Assembly: GCA_964016885.1 (NCBI GenBank)
Contig: OZ024743.1
Span: 49,972,001 to 50,036,000 of the forward strand
DNA: 64,000 bases
Direction of reading: 5' to 3'
From: Eledone cirrhosa
Lineage: Eukaryota
Shown here: positions 29,822 through 43,008 of the stretch, piece after piece
Numbering within the stretch: the stretch's first letter is position 1
Layout: every line of letters starts with the position of its first letter
Notes under the pieces: model-generated
Told to the model about the DNA's origin: nothing
The model's database searches: none
What the model saw: only the letters and a program-made list of their open reading frames with translations
Made by a program: the position numbers and the translations under genes

Positions 29822-30468
29822 GAGAAGAAAGAATACTGCGTGGTTGCACATGGGTTACATATGATAAAAATAGTCTTTCATCAGTGATTTTCCAACCTTC
29901 ATTGGTATTTCATCGCTTTAAAAATCATATACCTCCAGTTGGTGCGAGCAATAGCTAAATAAAGCTATTGGGACAAGTAAGTTCGCGTAAAGCGAGCGAG
30001 ACAAGTAAACAAACATAGAAGGCTAGCAACGCAAAGATAGGAAAAAACAAGCACATGGGAGTCCGATCAGCTTTAGCTGTGTGGATTTCATGGGCGAGAG
30101 ACTACAGACCGTCCGACGCGAGTGAGATGTGAGCAGGAAAAGACCCCACTACAGGCCAAACGGGAGAAAGTGAGATGGGGAGAAGCAGAGAGTGAGTGAG
30201 TGGAAGTGCGAGGAAGAGGCCAGTCGAGAGAAAGTGTAACTGACAGAGGGGGCGAAAGAAGGTGAGAGAAACAGAGAGAGCGGGGAAGCAGTAAGAGAGA
30301 AACAGACAAACGCAGCTGGGGAAAATATATATAAAAAACACGAGATGAAAGAATACTGCGTGGTGGCACATGGGTTACATATGATAAAAATAGTCCTTCA
30401 TCAGTGATTTTCCAACCTTCATTGGTATTTCATCGCTTTAAAATCATATACCTCCAGTTGGTGCGAGC
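29821..30468 (-). mobile_element. Family D copy with ~128-bp terminal direct repeats (unit ~520 bp)
   Basis: 29821-29950 repeated at 30341-30468; in (TA)n. Confidence 0.75.
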
Positions 30469-30469
30469 A

Positions 30470-31081
<612 letters not shown>

Positions 31082-31505
31082 CACAAAGGTTTCTAGTATG
31101 GCGTTATAATGGATATATAGCTAGCTATTCTTCATACTAGATGAGCTCTCATTATGTCAAGATAAATACATATTTATAAGGAAGTTGCCATAAATTGTAA
31201 CCTTAGCAATATGGATATCTCGTCTCCGTCTCTATAACACTAGAGTGGTCTCACTGCAACTAGAATCACAACCTTCAATTAACGGGCGCCATACCCGGCA
31301 CACACATACACAAACATACATACACACATGCATGCATACATACATACACATACACACATACATATATACACACATACACAAACATACATACACACACACA
31401 CACATACACACACACACACATACACATACACACATACATACATACACATACACACATACACACACACATACACACATACATACATACATACATACATACA
31501 TACAC

Positions 31506-31536
<31 letters not shown>

Positions 31537-31809
31537 TACACACACACATACACATACACATACACACATACATACATACATACACACATACACATACACA
31601 TACACACATACACTGATACATACACACACACATACACATACACATACACACACATGCACGCATACACTCACACACACACAAACACACAAACACACACACC
31701 CATACACACATACACATACACACACATACATACACACATATATACACACGTATATACTACGCAAAGCAGCACTTTCATTTGTATATGTGCCTCTCTCTCA
31801 ATCCGCCCC

Positions 31810-31865
<56 letters not shown>

Positions 31866-32064
31866 ACACAGATAAATCTACCAATCAATGGTAGGGCCTA
31901 AACCGTATGAAGAATTCAATGTAATCCGTATGCAGAAGATGTCGTGAAGCAAAGTTTAAAATACAAAATGTTCAACGATATAATTCAATTGGATACAGAG
32001 TCAAAATAAAAATATTAAAACTCTGAAATTAAACACAAAAACTGTTAATTCATAGTAAAACTCA

Positions 32065-32198
32065 TTATTTTACGATCGTTTCTGGGGGGTAGTTCCCTGT
32101 ATGTTCATTCAATTATTGATCTATGTAAAACATATTGCAAAATATCATAGTAAGAAAAAAATACATACGTCTTCACTACCCGCCGTCTTCAGAAATAA
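32065..32198 (-). ncRNA. Type I hammerhead with ~100-nt stem II region (mirror)
   Basis: Reverse complement of the 33208-33341 motif. Confidence 0.6.
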
Positions 32199-32199
32199 T

Positions 32200-32385
32200 T
32201 GTTTATACTTTTGGCACAAGGCCAGCAATTAACCAGTATATTACTGGTACTTTATTTCATCGACCCCGTAAGGATGAAAGGCAAAGTTAACCTCGACGGG
32301 ATTTGAACTCAGAATGGCAAGGGCCATAACTCTGTGCGTCAAAGCATGGCGTCTGACCCTTTGCCGATACTGCCAATCGACCGCC
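32200..32385 (-). mobile_element. tRNA-derived SINE with target-site duplication
   Basis: A/B-box head on the minus strand; ccgccgtcttcagaaataat at 32180-32199 and 32381-32400. Confidence 0.85.
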
Positions 32386-32774
32386 GTCTTCAGAAATAAT
32401 GAGTTTTGTTTATTGAAGAATACAAAAAAACATACATATGAATAAGTAAGGTTTTAGGTTGAAATTGACCAATAGCAAGAATGGAAAGGAGCAGTATAGA
32501 TCCTTAAAGTTGGTGGTAGTAGGTGAATAAATAGGCCATCAGTGGATAAGGTATCAAATGTCTTTTAAGAAAAGAAATAAAAGTTGCTAGCGTAAATGAA
32601 TTTAGACATTGTATATAAAAGTGTTGATGGTCAAACAAGATTACGGTTGGAGGAAAAGGGGTACTGAGATTAGTGTGTTACATCAAGTAGAATGGAATAG
32701 AACAATCTTAAAATGTTAGTTATTTCTTTGTTGTGAGGAATAATTTGTTCTAAAAATATATAATATAATATCAT

Positions 32775-32960
32775 TGTTTCTACGTTAGGCACAAGGCCAG
32801 CAATTACCCAGTGTATTACTGGTACTTTATTTTATCGACCCCGTAAGGATGAAAGGCAAAGTTAACCTCGGCGGGATTTGAACTCAGAATGGCAAGGGCC
32901 GTAACTCTATGCGCCAAAGCATGGCATCCGACACTCTACCAATACTGCCAATCCACCGCC
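32775..32960 (-). mobile_element. tRNA-derived SINE
   Basis: Close copy of the 32200 SINE; minus head ggcggattggcagtattggtagag..gagttcaaatcc. Confidence 0.85.
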
Positions 32961-33207
32961 TAAAATTTTTGTACAAGGTTTTTAGAGATTGACAGAGATT
33001 GAACCCATAACCAGTATCATCACTGTCTCTAATATGTACCACTAGGCCAAATATAATATAATAAGTTGAGGAATATAAATGAAACCAAATGGAAGTGAAA
33101 TTTAGATATAATATAGATAAAATATTATATAGGTAAGAAAATATTACAGTTTGCGTAAGTATTGTATTGTGTTAGAGTGGTTAGAATGAAGTTTTCCCTG
33201 TAGGGAA

Positions 33208-33341
33208 TTATTTCTGAAGACGACGGGTTGTGAAGACGTATGTATTTTTTTCTTACTATGATATTTTGTAATACGTTTTACATAGATCAATAATTGAATG
33301 AACATACAGGGAACTACCTCCCAGAAACGATCGTAAAATAA
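33208..33341 (+). ncRNA. Type I hammerhead with ~100-nt stem II region
   Basis: ttattt-CTGAAGA-(~103 nt)-GAAA-cgatcg-TA-aaataa. Confidence 0.6.
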
Positions 33342-33388
33342 CGAGTTTTACTATGAATTAACAGTTTTGTGTTTAATTTCCTTGTTTT

Positions 33389-33579
<191 letters not shown>

Positions 33580-33659
33580 CATATATATATACATATGTCC
33601 CAAGACTCTGATACCATCAACACTATAAACACAGAGCTGGCATATCTAAGAATTGACTA

Positions 33660-33715
33660 ACTGCCTGATGAGGTCATAGCCATTCAATGGCTATCATTGA
33701 AATATATATAGCAGT
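33660..33715 (+). ncRNA. Type I minimal hammerhead ribozyme
   Basis: actgc-CTGATGA-..atagccat tca atggctat..-GAAA-tatata-TA-gcagt. Confidence 0.8.
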
Positions 33716-33783
33716 AAATAAAGGATTATGAGTTCATGCAATTGACTTATGTTTCGTCACTATATATATATATATATATATAT

Positions 33784-33814
<31 letters not shown>

Positions 33815-33818
<4 letters not shown>

Positions 33819-33994
33819 AACCAGTAAGACCCCGACAGCTGAGCTCAAGCCGTTTCGACGGCTAATTCGCCGTCGAAACGGCTTGAGCTCAGCTTGTCGG
33901 GGTCTTACTGGTTCCTATTACCCACTCTACTACCTCAAGTATTGAGTACTTTGGTGCGTTATGGTCCACCTGGTTCCTTACCACATTTCCTTCG

Positions 33995-34085
<91 letters not shown>

Positions 34086-34220
34086 TAGGGAAAAGTATGA
34101 CCCCGACGGCAGAGCTCAAGCCATTTCGACGGCTATTTCCTATTACCCACTCTATTACTAAGTATTGAGTACTCTGGTGCGTTATGGTCCATCTGGTTCC
34201 TTACCACAATTCCTTCGTTA
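33815..34220. mobile_element. Two short fold-back terminal fragments of the 43726-45010 family
   Basis: 33815-33917 palindrome + tail to ~33996; 34088-34220 similar; both in (TA)n. Confidence 0.75.
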
Positions 34221-34327
34221 TATATATACATATAAATATACATAAAAATTGATGAGCAGAACAAACAAACATTAAACAATCCTTTAAATAAATTGAAAAA
34301 TAATTTAAATATCTACCTGTTCATAAT

Positions 34328-34406
34328 GCTATTACCGGCGGTTTCCATCCACAAAAGATTGGAAATTCAGAGAATTTCCAACGGAAAGCAGATTTCTTCA
34401 GATAGC
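34328..34406 (-). ncRNA. Type I hammerhead ribozyme
   Basis: Reverse complement: gctat-CTGAAGA-..ttggaaattc tct gaatttccaa..-GAAA-ccg c cgg-TA-atagc. Confidence 0.8.
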
Positions 34407-34805
34407 TATTTCCATTCTATAGGACATTTGTCCCACGGTCAGCAAATATAATGCTAACTGCCAGCACGTATGGGCTATAGCAGTTAAAGTGACCCGTACG
34501 TGACCTGGCCACTAGAGCAAGCGGGAATATTATAGACTTGTTGATGGCTCGGCTGCTAAAAAAATAGCAGTAAGCAACAACGAATTTTTTCTCTACATAG
34601 ATTGGAGAATATATAAAAATGAGGTAAATATCTCATTGAGTACTAAGTGCACACTGAGATATATAGGGTGTCTACAATATAATTGTTGTTCTATGGTACT
34701 AATTCGAGATACCAGAACTATAAAAATTGATGAGCAGAACAAACAAACATTAAACAATCCTTTAAATAAATTAAAAAATAATTTAAATATCTACCTGTTC
34801 ATAAT

Positions 34806-34884
34806 GCTATTACCGGCGGTTTCCCTCCACAAAAGATTGGAAATTCAGAGAATTTCCAACGGAAAGCAGTTTTCTTCAGATAGC
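34806..34884 (-). ncRNA. Type I hammerhead ribozyme (tandem copy)
   Basis: Same motif 478 nt away. Confidence 0.8.
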
Positions 34885-35111
34885 TATTTCCATTCTATAG
34901 GACATTTGTCCCACGGTCAGCAAATATAATGCTAACTACCAGCACGTATGGGCTATATCTCAGTGTGCACTTAGTGCTCAATGAGATATTCACCTCATTT
35001 ATATATATATATATATATATATATAGGTAAGTTATTCCGGTTTGAATCAGAGGTAACTACAGTAAGTAAGGTACTCAATACATAGCAGAGTAGAAAGTTT
35101 TAATATAGAAG

Positions 35112-35162
35112 AGATTCTACTGGACTAGAACTGTTTCATTCGTGAGAAATCATCAGGAATCT
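35112..35162 (-). ncRNA. Type I hammerhead ribozyme
   Basis: Reverse complement: agattc-CTGATGA-tttc tcac gaat-GAAA-cag..cag-TA-gaatct. Confidence 0.65.
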
Positions 35163-35760
35163 GACTGTCCAAGTAAATATGGTGGTATTTATATCTTTTC
35201 TGGTGGTAGGAGAGGGTGAGGAGTGGGGTGGGTGGAGGTCATTGGTTGAAAGAAAAGGGAATTCATTAAAAGCTAATTATTTAAGGCTATAATTTATATT
35301 TAGGGCGACAAGTTCAAATTGGAGTGCCGCTCCTTATTTTTAAGTTTCTCTTAAGCTAACAATGCTTATATTTCAGGTGCCTATAAGATGGGTGGAGGTC
35401 AGTCATGGTTGATGGATTTAAAGAAAGGGGAATTCTGTAAAAGCTAATTCTTTAAAGCTTTACTTAGAGTGACAAAGGCAGAAAGAATTCTATAAACAAG
35501 TTCAAAATATAGGTGCCTCTCCTTATTGACAAGTTTCTCTTAAGCTACATTTCGGGTGTTTACATATATATGTATATATATGTATGTATATGTATGTGTA
35601 TGTGTATGTGTATGCGTATGTGTGTGTATATATATATATGTATATATATTTATCTGTGTGTGTGTGTCTGTGTATGAATGTGCTTGTAGACACCTGAAAT
35701 ATAGCTTAAGAGAAACTTGACAGAAAAGATATAAATACCACCATATTTACTTGGACAGTC

Positions 35761-35811
35761 AGATTCCTGATGATTTCTCGCGAATGAGACAGTTCTAGTC
35801 CTGTAGAATCT
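35761..35811 (+). ncRNA. Type I hammerhead ribozyme (GAGA core mutation)
   Basis: agattc-CTGATGA-..-GAGA-cag ttctagtc ctg-TA-gaatct. Confidence 0.55.
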
Positions 35812-35823
35812 CTTCTATATTAA

Positions 35824-35862
<39 letters not shown>

Positions 35863-36155
35863 TATATATATATATATTTCGTTTCTGAATTTGTTTAGCA
35901 AGATTCTTTATCTGAAAACGTGTCTTGAAACCGATATTGTTATACTTTGGGAGGGTCATGTTGCCAATAAGAAACACACACACCAGTTGCTTTCACTTCA
36001 ATTTATTATAAGTTAAATTTATAAATTTAGCAATTTATAAATTTCCGATTGGTTGGTTGGTTCCACAACCAGATGATTGTTCATATATTGTCAAAGTTCT
36101 TTCATCACACACTCTGGGACCTCCTCAGTGACTGGGGACCACTTTCCCTGTCTTT

Positions 36156-36794
36156 GTGCCTCCCTTGTATAGGAGTAAATTTTGGAATAGAATAGAAATA
36201 ACTAGGAATAAGGTTAATAGAATAGACTCATGGTATGATAGCAATAAATACCAGAGTGTAATGCTCATCGATACAACCCCTAGAGGTGAATTAGCTTACA
36301 AATTTAGAAGGGCCCTAGATAAACATAAACTCAATATTAAGATAGTAGAAAGACCAGGTACCTCCATAAAAACACTTATTAGCAATAGATACCCTTTTCA
36401 AATACCCCCCTGTATAGATAAGAAATGTATAATCTGTAAATTAAGCCCCCATATTAACTGTAAAACTAGAAATGTAGTATATAGCATAAGATGTACTGAA
36501 AGACAATGTAAAGATAAGAATATAGTGTACATAGGTGAGACAGCTCGTAGTATAGGGGAACGGATAAATGAACACTGGCGAGACCTTCAAGATAGTAAAG
36601 AATCATCTGTACTCCACCAACATGCTAAAATAGAACATAAGGGTAAATTAGAGAACATAGAAATGAAAATAGAATCTACACACAGAAAAGACGCAATGTT
36701 TAGACAAATCACAGAGGCAATAAACATAAATGAACTCCAACCAAAATTAAATAGAAAACATGAATGGAACAGCAACATCACAACTTATAATTAA
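36156..36794 (+). CDS. Penelope-like GIY-YIG endonuclease domain (5'-truncated ORF)
   Basis: C..KCIIC..NCKTRNVVYSIRC..C..VYIGETARSIGERINEH..S.LHQH..H..RQITEAINI..PKLNRKHEW. Confidence 0.9.
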   Translation: MPPLYRSKFWNRIEITRNKVNRIDSWYDSNKYQSVMLIDTTPRGELAYKFRRALDKHKLNIKIVERPGTSIKTLISNRYPFQIPPCIDKKCIICKLSPHINCKTRNVVYSIRCTERQCKDKNIVYIGETARSIGERINEHWRDLQDSKESSVLHQHAKIEHKGKLENIEMKIESTHRKDAMFRQITEAININELQPKLNRKHEWNSNITTYN

Positions 36795-36992
36795 GGACAA
36801 AATGAAAATACACACACACATAGAACAAACAACCAACCAGTAACATGTAAATAAACAAATAAATAAACAAATATAAGCACACACAGACACCCGGATGTAA
36901 CACATGCGCAAACTAACATACAACACACACAAAAACTAGATGGCGTAGGACAGAACAAAGGAGAGGCACAAAAACAAAGAAAATAATCCCCA

Positions 36993-37035
36993 GTCACTGA
37001 AGAGGTCACAGAATGTGTGACGAAAGAACTTTGAC
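36993..37035 (+). ncRNA. PLE pLTR hammerhead ribozyme
   Basis: gtca-CTGAAGA-g-gtcac/gtgac-GAAA-gaac-TT-tgac downstream of the GIY-YIG ORF. Confidence 0.75.
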
Positions 37036-37162
37036 AATATATGAACAACCGTCCGGTTGTGGAACCAACCAACCGGAAATTTATAAATTCCTAAATTTAT
37101 AAATTTAACTTATAATAAATTGAAGTGAAAGCAACTGGTGCGTGTGTTTCTTATTGGTTCAT

Positions 37163-38520
37163 TTAACCGTTAAATGAACAGTGTTCATTTAACCGTTCTC
37201 CTATACTACGAGCTGTCTCACCTATGTACACTATATTCTTATCTTTACATTGTCTTTCAGTACATCTTATGCTATATACTACATTTCTAGTTTTACAGTT
37301 AATATGGGGGCTTAGTTTACAGATTATGCATTTCTTATCTATACAGGCAGGTCTTTGAAAATGGTATGTATTGCTAAGAAGTGTTTTTATGGAGGTACCT
37401 GGTCTTTCTACTATCTTAATATTAAGTTTAAGTTTATCTAGGGCCCTTCTAAATTTGTAAGCTAATTCACCTCTAGGGCTTGTATTGATGAATATTACAC
37501 TCTGGTATTTATTGCTACATACCATGAGTGTATTCTATTAACCTTATTCCTAGTTCTTTCTATTCTATTCCAAAATGTGCTCCTATACAAGGGGCAGGTC
37601 CCATTTGTATCATTATTTACCATTTTTTCCCATTTGGTTCTGGCTCCTCTATATACTCTGATTTTATCTCTGATTGTAACCAGAGAACTGCATACGGTGG
37701 ATGAAGTGTTGTATGTGTCTCTCTAGTTCTTTGGGGTTGCACATCGGGACACGTTTCTCATCACCCGTACCAAATCTGCAATCAGTATGTTGATTTTGGT
37801 GTGATCCGAAACAGCTGAGTTTCGGTGGATCAGATATTTGGAAGTCATGGGTTTGGCATAATGGGAATGGAGGATTTGTTTTTTGTTATTAATGTTTTCT
37901 AACCAGCGCTCTGTGTCTAGTACAGGTAATCGATGGTTGGGGTGTTTTCTTGGGTAGTCTATAGTAACTCTAATACTCTGGTGGATGCAGTTAGCTATTT
38001 GCTGGATGCTTTCCATGGTGTTTTTCTCTAATTCCTGACTGTTCTCTAGTGGGAGTGTTTTTACTACGATGTTTATATCATCAACGTAGCGGGAGTACAT
38101 TATCAGGGTTAAGAGGTTGCTGTCTTCTAATTGTTCTTTAAGTTTAAGTTTAAGTTTATTGTCCCACCATACCATGAATAGGTTAGCTATGTCACCTGCA
38201 ATGCTTAACACCAATGGCTGCTCCCTCTTCTTGGGCATATGTTTTTCCATTAAATTTCGCCTATTCTGCTGAGGAGATCCTCCGCGCTGTCACATATATC
38301 TGGGTACATTTCAATGATGGGGCGTATGATCAGGGCGAGGAAGTAGGAAAGTCTGTAGTTACTAACAATGTTAGCTCCACAGACTGGCCGTGTTGTTGGT
38401 CCTGTGACAGTCACTGCTCGTTTTATGGTCTTTCCGAAGCCCATACAACGCTGGCACGTCATTGTTCCAGGCCTGGAAGTTGTTGGCAGTCCTTTTATTG
38501 GGCTGCATTATGTTTGTACA
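37163..38520 (-). pseudogene. Penelope-like RT + GIY-YIG fragment, frameshifted and internally deleted
   Basis: PALYGLRKDHK..TRPVCGA, SIAGDIANLFM, YSRYVDD, LPVLD, VVYSIRC..YIGETAR. Confidence 0.9.
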
Positions 38521-38641
38521 CATCATCATATGGGCATAAAAGGTTTTCTTATTGGCAACATGACCCTCCAAAAGTATAACAATATCGGTTTCAACCCACG
38601 TTTTCAGATAAAGAATCTTGCTAAACAAATTCAGAAACGAA

Positions 38642-38675
<34 letters not shown>

Positions 38676-38676
38676 T

Positions 38677-38747
<71 letters not shown>

Positions 38748-38802
38748 TTATACACACACACATATAATATATGTAGGTGCGTCTACACACACACACACAC
38801 AG

Positions 38803-38851
<49 letters not shown>

Positions 38852-39390
38852 ATATATGTATATATAATATATAGTAATAATAATAAATTTGAAGACTAAA
38901 ATCCAAAGAGGGCTCGATAAGGATAAATATATATCAAATATATAAGAACCGTAGAGCAAATATTATTTTAATATATATAATATATATATATATTCATATG
39001 TTTGTATGTGTGCGTATATGTATGTGTGTGTATTGTGTGTGTGTATGTTTGTGTATGTGTGTGTGTATATATGTGTGTGTGTGTATGTGTGTGTACGTGT
39101 ACGTGTATGTGTGTGTGTATGTGTGTGTACGTGTGTGTGTGTATGTGTGTGTATGTGTGTGTATGTGTGTATGTGTGTGTATGTGTGTGTATGTGTGTGT
39201 GCATGTGTGTGTATGTGCGTATGTGTGTGTGTATGTGTGTGTGCCTCACTCCACTGACATATTCACCCCAGTCTAACATTACCCACTACATTCACACATT
39301 CATATGTAGAAATAGTTTTCAACGCGAAAATATCGACCTTTTTGCTGTTGTGACAGCTCACACCTATGTGTGTGTGTGTGTGTGTGTGTG

Positions 39391-39421
<31 letters not shown>

Positions 39422-39424
39422 ACA

Positions 39425-40251
39425 TTATGAAGAGAGAAGAAACATTTAGATATAATTAGTAATAAAATGTATCATACCTAAACTGTTCCTAAATTCCTCG
39501 ACTACGTAGTTTCGTGGCATAAACAAAAACAATATATCAAAGATATAGAAGTCATTCATTGAGCAACATCGGTGAAGTTGGCACCCTTAACTCACAGTTG
39601 GGTGCGGATGCATTCATGTATATATGTGTGTGTCCGCATGTATCTGTGTGTTTCTAAATGTATTAATAACTCCCTCTGGTCGAGCAATCTTTGAAGTGTG
39701 GGGACAACTGGAAAGCTTCCATTACTCATACTTCTCGCCTTCTTCACTACCTCTTCTACGGCCTCGATATGAATACCCCCTCCGCCTCCGTGGTATTTTT
39801 TTCGTGGTTATAAGAGGCTTAGCTCTGTTTCTCGACCGTTATATCGCGTGACTATCTCCCCCTCCGCCTTTTGGGATTCTTTCTCACGTCGTGTAGACGC
39901 GTTCTTGAGACTAGTAAAATGAGGTATCCTCTTGATAAGTCGGCAGACCTCGCAAGGACTCTATATCTTTGATATATTGTTTTTGTTTATGCCACGAAAC
40001 TACGTAGTCGAGGAATTTAGGAACAGTTTAGGTATGATACATTTTATTACTAATTATATCTAAATGTTTCTTCTCTCTTCATAATGTATTTTTAACTCTG
40101 ATACTGGTTCAGTCTGGTTCAAACTGAATTGGTCTGTCCCAGTCATTCATTGAGCAACATCGGTGAAGTTGGCACCCTTAACTCACAGTTGGGTGCGGAT
40201 GCATTCATGTATATATGTGTGTGTCCGCATGTATCTGTGTGTTTCTAAATG
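39425..40251 (+). mobile_element. ~591-bp HHR unit with ~110-bp terminal direct repeat and upstream inverted segment
   Basis: 39551-39661 = 40142-40251; 39425-39549 is the reverse complement of ~39961-40087. Confidence 0.8.
39927..40014 (+). ncRNA. Type I hammerhead, U3:A8 variant, GUC triplet
   Basis: tcctc-TTGATAA-gtcggca..tgccac-GAAA-ctacgtag-TC-gagga. Confidence 0.75.
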
Positions 40252-40292
40252 TATATATATATATATATATATATCTGTGTGACAGCTCACAC

Positions 40293-40328
<36 letters not shown>

Positions 40329-40331
40329 ATG

Positions 40332-40384
<53 letters not shown>

Positions 40385-40479
40385 GTGTGACAGCTCACAC
40401 CTATGCAGGTTTAGCTGGCCTCCTCCAAGGTATATCTCGTTGGAGGTGTCTTGGGTAATTTAATGATAGGGACCCCTGT

Positions 40480-40627
40480 CCTATAATCTCATTTCTATAG
40501 TTGAGTAAACTGGAGCAACGTGAAGTAAAGTGTCTTGCTCAAGGAAACAACACATCACCCGGTCCGAGAATTGAACTCACAACCTTTCCATTGCAAGCCC
40601 AATGAACTAACCACTAAGCCATGCGCC
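40480..40627 (-). mobile_element. tRNA-derived SINE, second family (also ~54625-54718 and ~54960-55080)
   Basis: aagtgtcttgctcaagga.acaac core, B-box gagttcaattc and A-box tggcttagtgg on the minus strand. Confidence 0.75.
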
Positions 40628-41402
40628 AATAGGTTTAACCATAGACTACCATAGTAAGAGTGGTCTCTACTGGTCACCAATTGTTAACCACAGCAAGAGT
40701 GGTCACTACTGGTCACCAATTGTCAATAGGACTTAATCCATGACCATGCTATTTCTTTCATCTATGTCTACATTCCCAGAAGTGTTTATCTTCCTCCAGT
40801 CACATTCTAGAAGGTACAATCTATTGCCAACAACTACAAGTCTACTTTGAATGTGGTTTGATTGGTTGTAGTGATATGAGCGACGCTGCGGTTAATTGTG
40901 GTGACATGAGCGACCCTGCGGTTAATTGTGGTGACATGAGCGACCCTGAGATTGATTGTGGTGACATGGGTGACCGTGCACTAAATTCTGTCAACAAATG
41001 TCAAGGAGGGCAGAAGATTTAGCTAGTAGAAGGCTCCAAAAGTAACTCTCCGTCGTCATTTATATTTCCAGGTCCTGGAAATCGTATGACTAATATAAAA
41101 CCACGAAGACCGTTAGTGGTATTAACATACGGAATAACTTATCTCCATTTGTGCGTCATACATAACTAGGTTTTATGTAAATATTCACATACACATACAT
41201 GCAACATACTGAGAAACATATACACAAACGCATTCAACACACACACATTAACAAATGCAGGTACGCATAACACATCACACATCACACGCTCACAAATATA
41301 TATCTTCATTGTACTGTATCGTTATTTCTGTTTACGTTACTTTTTACACACATACATGCAGACACACACAAACACACATACACACACATTTATATACAGG
41401 TC

Positions 41403-41444
<42 letters not shown>

Positions 41445-41576
41445 CTATCACTAGTGGAATATCATCAGATGATATCATACTGCTGCATTTACTGATGTAA
41501 CCATTACATAATAACTACCCATTGTGTCATTGAAATACGTATAATGTAATAAATATAATACATAACATAAGTTATT

Positions 41577-41637
<61 letters not shown>

Positions 41638-41812
41638 TAGAAAGGAAAAGAAAATGCTGACAAATTTTTCCCAGTGAAAAATAGTTTAATTAGGAATAAG
41701 TATAAATTAGTAATAAGTATTAGTTAGTATTCAGTTTTAGTTTTAAGTTTTTCGATTAGCACAGATAGGTTGGTGTTATATATATATATATATATATATA
41801 CATATGCACATG

Positions 41813-41913
<101 letters not shown>

Positions 41914-42232
41914 ATTTAAATACAGGTCCACACATATCGAGAAGTGAACACACCTACGCACACACCTATACATACACACTAACACACACAACTACAGCCA
42001 CACCAATGCTATCCCTTTATGCCAGATCAATAGTTTGATTAAATTGACAGAAATGTTTATCTAAGAATTCAATAAAGATAACAAGATTTGGGAATCAATT
42101 TAAGAAGATGGCCTCTCGTTGCCATGGAGATTGGTTCTACAAGCAGTTGCAGGATGTTAATGGCCGTTAAACACACACGCGCTCACACACATGCAGACTC
42201 ATACATACACATGAAGTCATGTACACATAGAC

Positions 42233-42271
<39 letters not shown>

Positions 42272-42276
42272 TAGTA

Positions 42277-42350
<74 letters not shown>

Positions 42351-42359
42351 GCTAGCTAG

Positions 42360-42735
42360 CCCCCCAAGTCTGGTCTACTTCTTCCGATATCACTTCGGAA
42401 GAAGGATAAGAATGGAGAGAGAGGTGCTTGGCCACAGGCAGTTTTATGAAAGGTGGGTGATAGTGGCGAGAATGGCTCGTGTAAATGGGCCTTCTCTGTA
42501 TACCATCCTGTAGGTAAAGAAGTAAAGGAGAAGGGAGCACCTTCTCCGTGTGCTCCCCGGGCAAAGGGTTGCACACTTTTTCGGGGGGGGGGGGTGCAAC
42601 CCCCATCACGTCCCCTCCCTTTTGAGGTTATTTTCGATTATTTTCATTTTATACCCTTTTTACTCGATTGTATGTAAACTCCCCCTTTGTATTTGTCCCT
42701 TCTTTTTATGCCTTTATGGTAAATAAAGAAATATA
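42360..42735 (+). mobile_element. Probable Tx1/L1-clade LINE 3' fragment
   Basis: LVYFFRYHFGRRIRMEREVL..QFYERW..* then 3' UTR with AATAAA; tatctagctag on both sides (possible TSD). Confidence 0.45.
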
Positions 42736-42758
42736 TCTAGCTAGTCCTCTCTCTCCCC

Positions 42759-42801
<43 letters not shown>

Positions 42802-42938
42802 GGTGGTAGAACACTGGAAGGTACTATCCGTAGTGGTAGAGCACTCAATCCATGGGACGAAGGAATATGTAACGAAGGAAGTGTGGTAAGGAACCAGGTG
42901 GACCATAACGCACCAGAGTACTCGATACTTAGGGTAGT

Positions 42939-43001
<63 letters not shown>

Positions 43002-43008
<7 letters not shown>

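Larger units (their letters stand above)
31890..33385 (-). mobile_element. PLE-like insertion with ~175-bp inverted HHR-bearing repeats (32025-32199/33207-33381)
   Basis: Inverted repeats, HHR in each, two nested SINEs. Confidence 0.7.
34243..35003 (-). mobile_element. Retrozyme-like element: 478-bp unit with partial tandem repeat, two HHRs, terminal inversion
   Basis: ~34243-34477 repeated at ~34720-34956; 34955-35003 is the reverse complement of ~34613-34662. Confidence 0.8.
35030..35828 (-). mobile_element. HHR element with ~103-bp inverted repeats (35097-35202/35721-35826)
   Basis: Arms are reverse complements; internal partial duplication; in (TA)n. Confidence 0.75.
35876..38645. mobile_element. 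Rearranged Penelope-like retroelement insertion
   Basis: Inverted pLTR 35876-36160 (HHR 36090-36132 on minus), GIY-YIG + pLTR on plus, inverted RT-EN fragment, pLTR end 38544-38645; (TA)n flanks. Confidence 0.9.
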
